Assembly (NCBI GenBank): GCA_035161305.1
Contig: JAALXO010000075.1
Location: 1,588-65,587, forward strand
Source of the DNA: Candidatus Hestiella acidicharens
Lineage (GTDB): Archaea > Thermoproteota > Thermoprotei_A > Sulfolobales > Acidilobaceae
Length of the DNA: 64,000 nucleotides
Direction of reading: 5' to 3'
Part shown: positions 60,579-64,000 of the stretch, in pieces
Numbering within the stretch: the stretch's first letter is position 1
How the letters are laid out: every line of letters starts with the position of its first letter
The notes under the pieces: model-generated
What the model saw: the letters and a program-made list of their open reading frames with translations, nothing else
Database searches by the model: none
Told to the model about the DNA's origin: nothing
Position numbers and translations under genes: made by a program

Positions 60579-60785
60579 TTAGCTTAGGATTTTCTCTACC
60601 TTGCCCAAGATTTCTGCCTTTCCACCGGTTGGCTTTACAAGCTGAGAGCCACAAGACAAGCACCTTACTGGGAAGGTAGCATGGCTATAGATAACTTGTT
60701 TGTGACCACAGTTTGGGCACTCAACAACTAAAAAACGGCTCCTGGGCTGTGGCAAAAGCATTTTCATCCTTAGACCTCTAGCCAT
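60579..60785 (-). CDS. rps27e: 30S ribosomal protein S27e
   Basis: PQPRSRFLVVECPNCG...FSHA-like...CLSCG..LVKPTGGKA. Confidence 0.96.
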   Translation of the reverse strand: MARGLRMKMLLPQPRSRFLVVECPNCGHKQVIYSHATFPVRCLSCGSQLVKPTGGKAEILGKVEKILS

Positions 60786-60792
60786 TTTACGC

Positions 60793-61080
60793 TCACCTTA
60801 AGGTCTGTGATAGCTCCAGCTTCTTTAACCTTATGCCTAATATTTGTCTCTTATAACCGCATTTCTTGCAGGTTATTATTAATGTAACCTTCTTTGTTGT
60901 CTTTGCAAACCTCTTCTGCTCAGGTTTTCTCTTACTTCCATATCCTTTGTTTTTCCTTATATACCTTCTCTGTCCTTCTGAAAGGTTTCTTCTCTTACCC
61001 CCTTTGTAGAGGGCCACGCTATGCTCAGTATGCTCATTACATCTGGGGCAGTATGCTCTTATTTGCTTTGGAAACCTCAC
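60793..61080 (-). CDS. rpl44e: 50S ribosomal protein L44e
   Basis: [26 protein letters not shown]...CKKCG. Confidence 0.96.
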   Translation of the reverse strand: MRFPKQIRAYCPRCNEHTEHSVALYKGGKRRNLSEGQRRYIRKNKGYGSKRKPEQKRFAKTTKKVTLIITCKKCGYKRQILGIRLKKLELSQTLR

Positions 61081-61128
61081 TCCTTAACCCCTCTATAGTA
61101 CTCCTAGGAATAGGTTCCTTATTAGCTT

Positions 61129-61602
61129 TTAACTTTTTCCAAAGAGCCGATTTGAGGAAAGCGTTTTTACAATCTCTACATAATCTAGTGCAGAGAGGAG
61201 TATTGCCTCTTCTAGCTGGACTAGTGTTACCTCTCCTCTTTCGTGTTCTTTGCTATCTGATAGCATTAAGTCCTTGTTAAACTTCACTAAGACGAACTCA
61301 CCAAATGATATGGCCTCTCCGGATAAATAGGTTGAATATCTATCTATTATTTTTTTGATTGTTGCAAGGAAATCCCTATCTAAGCCTTTATACTCATTCG
61401 GATCTATGTCCTCTATCCTGACAAGGGATATTTGGCTCGATACTTTCCTGACTATAGAGCTAAACCTCCTACAAAGCTCCACGTCCTCAGAACAATATAT
61501 CCCCCAAAGTTTTCTTGCCTCTTTTATTGTTTCAGCGTTCAGTTGCTCATGTAGTCCAATCACAGCCCTGAATGGGCCACCAGCCGGTATTCTTTCTGAC
61601 AA
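61129..61602 (-). CDS. Probable GINS subunit Gins15 (Gins51)
   Basis: Position between priS and rpl44e as in the conserved PCNA-PriS-Gins15 cluster; helical region then LVKFNKDL...GEVTLV beta-rich B domain. Confidence 0.6.
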   Translation of the reverse strand: MSERIPAGGPFRAVIGLHEQLNAETIKEARKLWGIYCSEDVELCRRFSSIVRKVSSQISLVRIEDIDPNEYKGLDRDFLATIKKIIDRYSTYLSGEAISFGEFVLVKFNKDLMLSDSKEHERGEVTLVQLEEAILLSALDYVEIVKTLSSNRLFGKS

Positions 61603-62623
61603 CTACTTCTCCCTCCAAAACTTCTACATAACCCTTAGTGGCCAAGTATATGGCCAATTGGGAGGGCAGGCTCAACCCTTCTCCCCTTCTCATGGAAAGG
61701 TTTATACCTAATATCTTTATATTATCTATATCTTTTTTTGAGGTCACTTCAAGTGAACCAGAAAAAGGGGAAAGCCACCTACCTATCTTAAAGTCCCTGC
61801 ATACAGGAACTACCAATAGTGAGGCCTTCCCATTTATAGTGCCTGGAATTCTCGTAAGCCTAGTTGGATCTTGAGTAACCATAGCATCTATGTCTACCTT
61901 CATTTTGCTTACCGCATCCATGATCGATTCTTCTTTAACTTCGTCACCAATCCCGGCCTTAGCTATTAGACCCCTCCAGCCTGGATCACTGGGTGTAGGC
62001 TTAGCTATTTTCCTTCCCTTCTTGGCTATAGGAAATATTAGCCTTATATCGAGATCTTTTGCAGCAATAAAGTTGGCAATTTCTGCCCTTTCTTCCCTAC
62101 CTAGATATATGCATTGCTCACACATACCCCTGACGTGATAGCCTCTATTGCCAGTGAAGTATATTTGGTAGGTACCCCCAAGGTAGTTTTTAATGATATG
62201 CGCTATCCTATTTGCGTGCTCAAGTCCTTTCATAATACAGTTATCATCAATTATTTCTTTATTAAGCTCGCAACCTGGTAGATGATCTAGATCGATGTCG
62301 AACAATAGATCGGAGCCTCTCCACCCCTTTTCCTCCATCCTATTTGCTTCTGGTAAGTCATACCTAGCTATTGAATAGTAGGCTTGCCTTGGTGTGTTCT
62401 CAATCATATATTTATAGAAGGCTTCTTTGTTTTCGAAAGATATGTGCCTTACATAGCTGTTAAACTCAAATGGTTGGAATGCGAACTCCCTTTTGTTAAT
62501 ATCTTTTGGAAGTAAAAGCGGTGGAATTAAGGAATAGTATTCACTATAGAGGGCTTTAAGGTGAATCCCCCTTTGTCTTTTTATTTTTATCTCTTTGCTT
62601 TCACTCGATTCTCGGTGAAACAT
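61547..62623 (-). CDS. priS: DNA primase small (catalytic) subunit
   Basis: REFAFQ, YYSIARY, LLFDID, FTGNRGYH, IDAMVTQDPTRLTRIPGTIN. Confidence 0.95.
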   Translation of the reverse strand: MFHRESSESKEIKIKRQRGIHLKALYSEYYSLIPPLLLPKDINKREFAFQPFEFNSYVRHISFENKEAFYKYMIENTPRQAYYSIARYDLPEANRMEEKGWRGSDLLFDIDLDHLPGCELNKEIIDDNCIMKGLEHANRIAHIIKNYLGGTYQIYFTGNRGYHVRGMCEQCIYLGREERAEIANFIAAKDLDIRLIFPIAKKGRKIAKPTPSDPGWRGLIAKAGIGDEVKEESIMDAVSKMKVDIDAMVTQDPTRLTRIPGTINGKASLLVVPVCRDFKIGRWLSPFSGSLEVTSKKDIDNIKILGINLSMRRGEGLSLPSQLAIYLATKGYVEVLEGEVVVRKNTGWWPIQGCDWTT

Positions 62624-63347
62624 AGAATGTCATCCTACCCCCGCCTTGGTATTCCATAACCACTTTTGCTGGGGTGTCTTGTGAATATAACAAGGAAACT
62701 AGCTCGGCCTCCCTCGCTGCTAGCAACATATCAGAAAAATACTCTACGCTATAGGTAGAAGTATCGGGTGAATCAATGCTTAGGTCTATTAGGTTCTTCT
62801 TTTCAATAGAAAGCTCTATTTCTGCTACTTCTATGTCACCCTTACCTGTTATGACAAGTTTGTTTCCTTCTTCATCAGCACTTATAGTTATGGAATCTGA
62901 TATGGATTCTATATCCTTTATGGAATCGATAAATATATTATTGGTGAGTTTTGCCTTCACGTTAAAGTTTATTTTTGGCTCAGGTAATCTCTCTTGGGTT
63001 ATATTTATTAGAGGTATTTTGAATAGTCTTTCTCCCCTTCCAATGTATTTTAGGGATAGTGAATTCCCATCCGAACTTAGCTCAAGTTCATCGTTTTTCT
63101 CGGCTCTCTTAAGTACGCTATTAAGTACTGAGAACGAGAGGCCTAGGTCTTCTTCTTTATCATTAAGTTCATAATCTTCAAACGCGTCCCTTGGGTAATA
63201 GAAGTCTACCATGACAACCCTGCTAGTATCTATCGCTCGCAGGGACAATCCATCTTCGTTTGCAGTAATTACTCCTTCATCAATTATCTTTTCTATAGAA
63301 CCTATGATATATCTCCACGTCCTTGGATCCTTAAACCTTAGCTTCAT
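62601..63347 (-). CDS. pcn: DNA sliding clamp PCNA
   Basis: LSLRAIDTSRVVMV, STYSVEYF, P......Y.GGG.MTFYVSPRIE. Confidence 0.95.
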   Translation of the reverse strand: MKLRFKDPRTWRYIIGSIEKIIDEGVITANEDGLSLRAIDTSRVVMVDFYYPRDAFEDYELNDKEEDLGLSFSVLNSVLKRAEKNDELELSSDGNSLSLKYIGRGERLFKIPLINITQERLPEPKINFNVKAKLTNNIFIDSIKDIESISDSITISADEEGNKLVITGKGDIEVAEIELSIEKKNLIDLSIDSPDTSTYSVEYFSDMLLAAREAELVSLLYSQDTPAKVVMEYQGGGRMTFYVSPRIE

Positions 63348-63394
63348 AACTTACCCCTTTTTATCATATTTCTAGTTAGATTTATATTTTCTTT

Positions 63395-63577
63395 TTAAGT
63401 TTTCTCACTTTTCTTCTTTATTTCGTATTTTATTATATACCTATACTTGATATATTTGTCATTGGGAGAAAACCTGGCCGGATGTGGTATTACAAGTTCC
63501 CCATTACAATATGGACATTTATCCTGCCTTAAAGTATATCTTCCACACCTTTTGCACTTCCTTAAAAGCCACCTCAA
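63395..63577 (-). CDS. nop10: H/ACA RNP protein Nop10
   Basis: LRKCKRCGRYTL...CPYCNG....PHPARFSPNDKY.KYR. Confidence 0.96.
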   Translation of the reverse strand: MRWLLRKCKRCGRYTLRQDKCPYCNGELVIPHPARFSPNDKYIKYRYIIKYEIKKKSEKT

Positions 63578-63583
63578 AAAAAT

Positions 63584-64000
63584 TTACCTCCTTAGCCTTT
63601 CTATAGAAAATTGCAGGTTAAGTTCCTTTGCATACTTGCTGGCTTTGTTTGTTATTTTGCTTAGAATATTTTCTAGTGTTTTATAGTCAGGTCCAATAAG
63701 GTCTAGCCTGTATTTAGGGGCTCCTATAGTATAGACCTTTACCTTTACATCTTCAACCTTTTTTGCTTCATCTCTGAGATCTATTAGAACCTTTTTTATC
63801 TTCTCCACCCCATTAGGATCCCCAGACCTTAAAGTTAATATACTGCTTATCCCTACCTTCTTTACTTCAATATATTTCTTTGCAATCTCCTCCAAAACAT
63901 CAATCCATTCATCTGATATTCCAGCTTTCTTCAACAGGTTTTTTTCACCGGTTAGGGAAGCCTCCAATCCGCTCATGATATCTCCAAAATAGTCCTCAAA
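63584..64000 (-). CDS. eif2a: Translation initiation factor aIF-2 alpha (5' truncated by window edge)
   Basis: GVEKIKKVL, VKVYTIGAPKYRLDL.G.DYK; adjacent to nop10; frame open to window end. Confidence 0.92.
   Translation of the reverse strand, partial: FEDYFGDIMSGLEASLTGEKNLLKKAGISDEWIDVLEEIAKKYIEVKKVGISSILTLRSGDPNGVEKIKKVLIDLRDEAKKVEDVKVKVYTIGAPKYRLDLIGPDYKTLENILSKITNKASKYAKELNLQFSIERLRR

Overview
AT-rich archaeal chromosomal segment, most consistent with Thermoproteota/Thermoprotei. Support: GGTGA-type ribosome-binding sites, intron-bearing tRNAs including a D-arm intron, and an 11-subunit complex I-like operon. It is mostly housekeeping DNA: Hsp20, RNase P RNA, Trm5/MtaB/TrmG10/RsmB RNA modifiers, ProRS, EF-2, EF-1beta, RNase Z, nuoABCDHIJKMLN, a Wtp-type tungstate/molybdate ABC transporter, Rqc2, TBP, and the aIF-2alpha-Nop10-PCNA-PriS-Gins15-L44e-S27e cluster. 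Six tRNA genes are present (Arg, Met, Cys, Glu, Thr, Asn). Intergenic spaces hold decayed mobile DNA: IS200/IS605 remnants (tnpA, tnpB, end hairpins) and two unassigned dispersed repeat families. An accessory stretch follows tRNA-Thr (~48.5-56 kb). Most striking observations: (1) tRNA-Arg(UCU) and tRNA-Glu(UUC) both encode C at the near-invariant U33 while the other four tRNAs have U33; (2) the RNase P RNA P4 bulge is A rather than U; (3) a cysteine-less AbfD-like flavoprotein sits next to a DAO-family oxidoreductase and a tandem GlcG-domain protein. All assignments come from motif recognition by eye; no database searches were run, and remnant and repeat boundaries are approximate.
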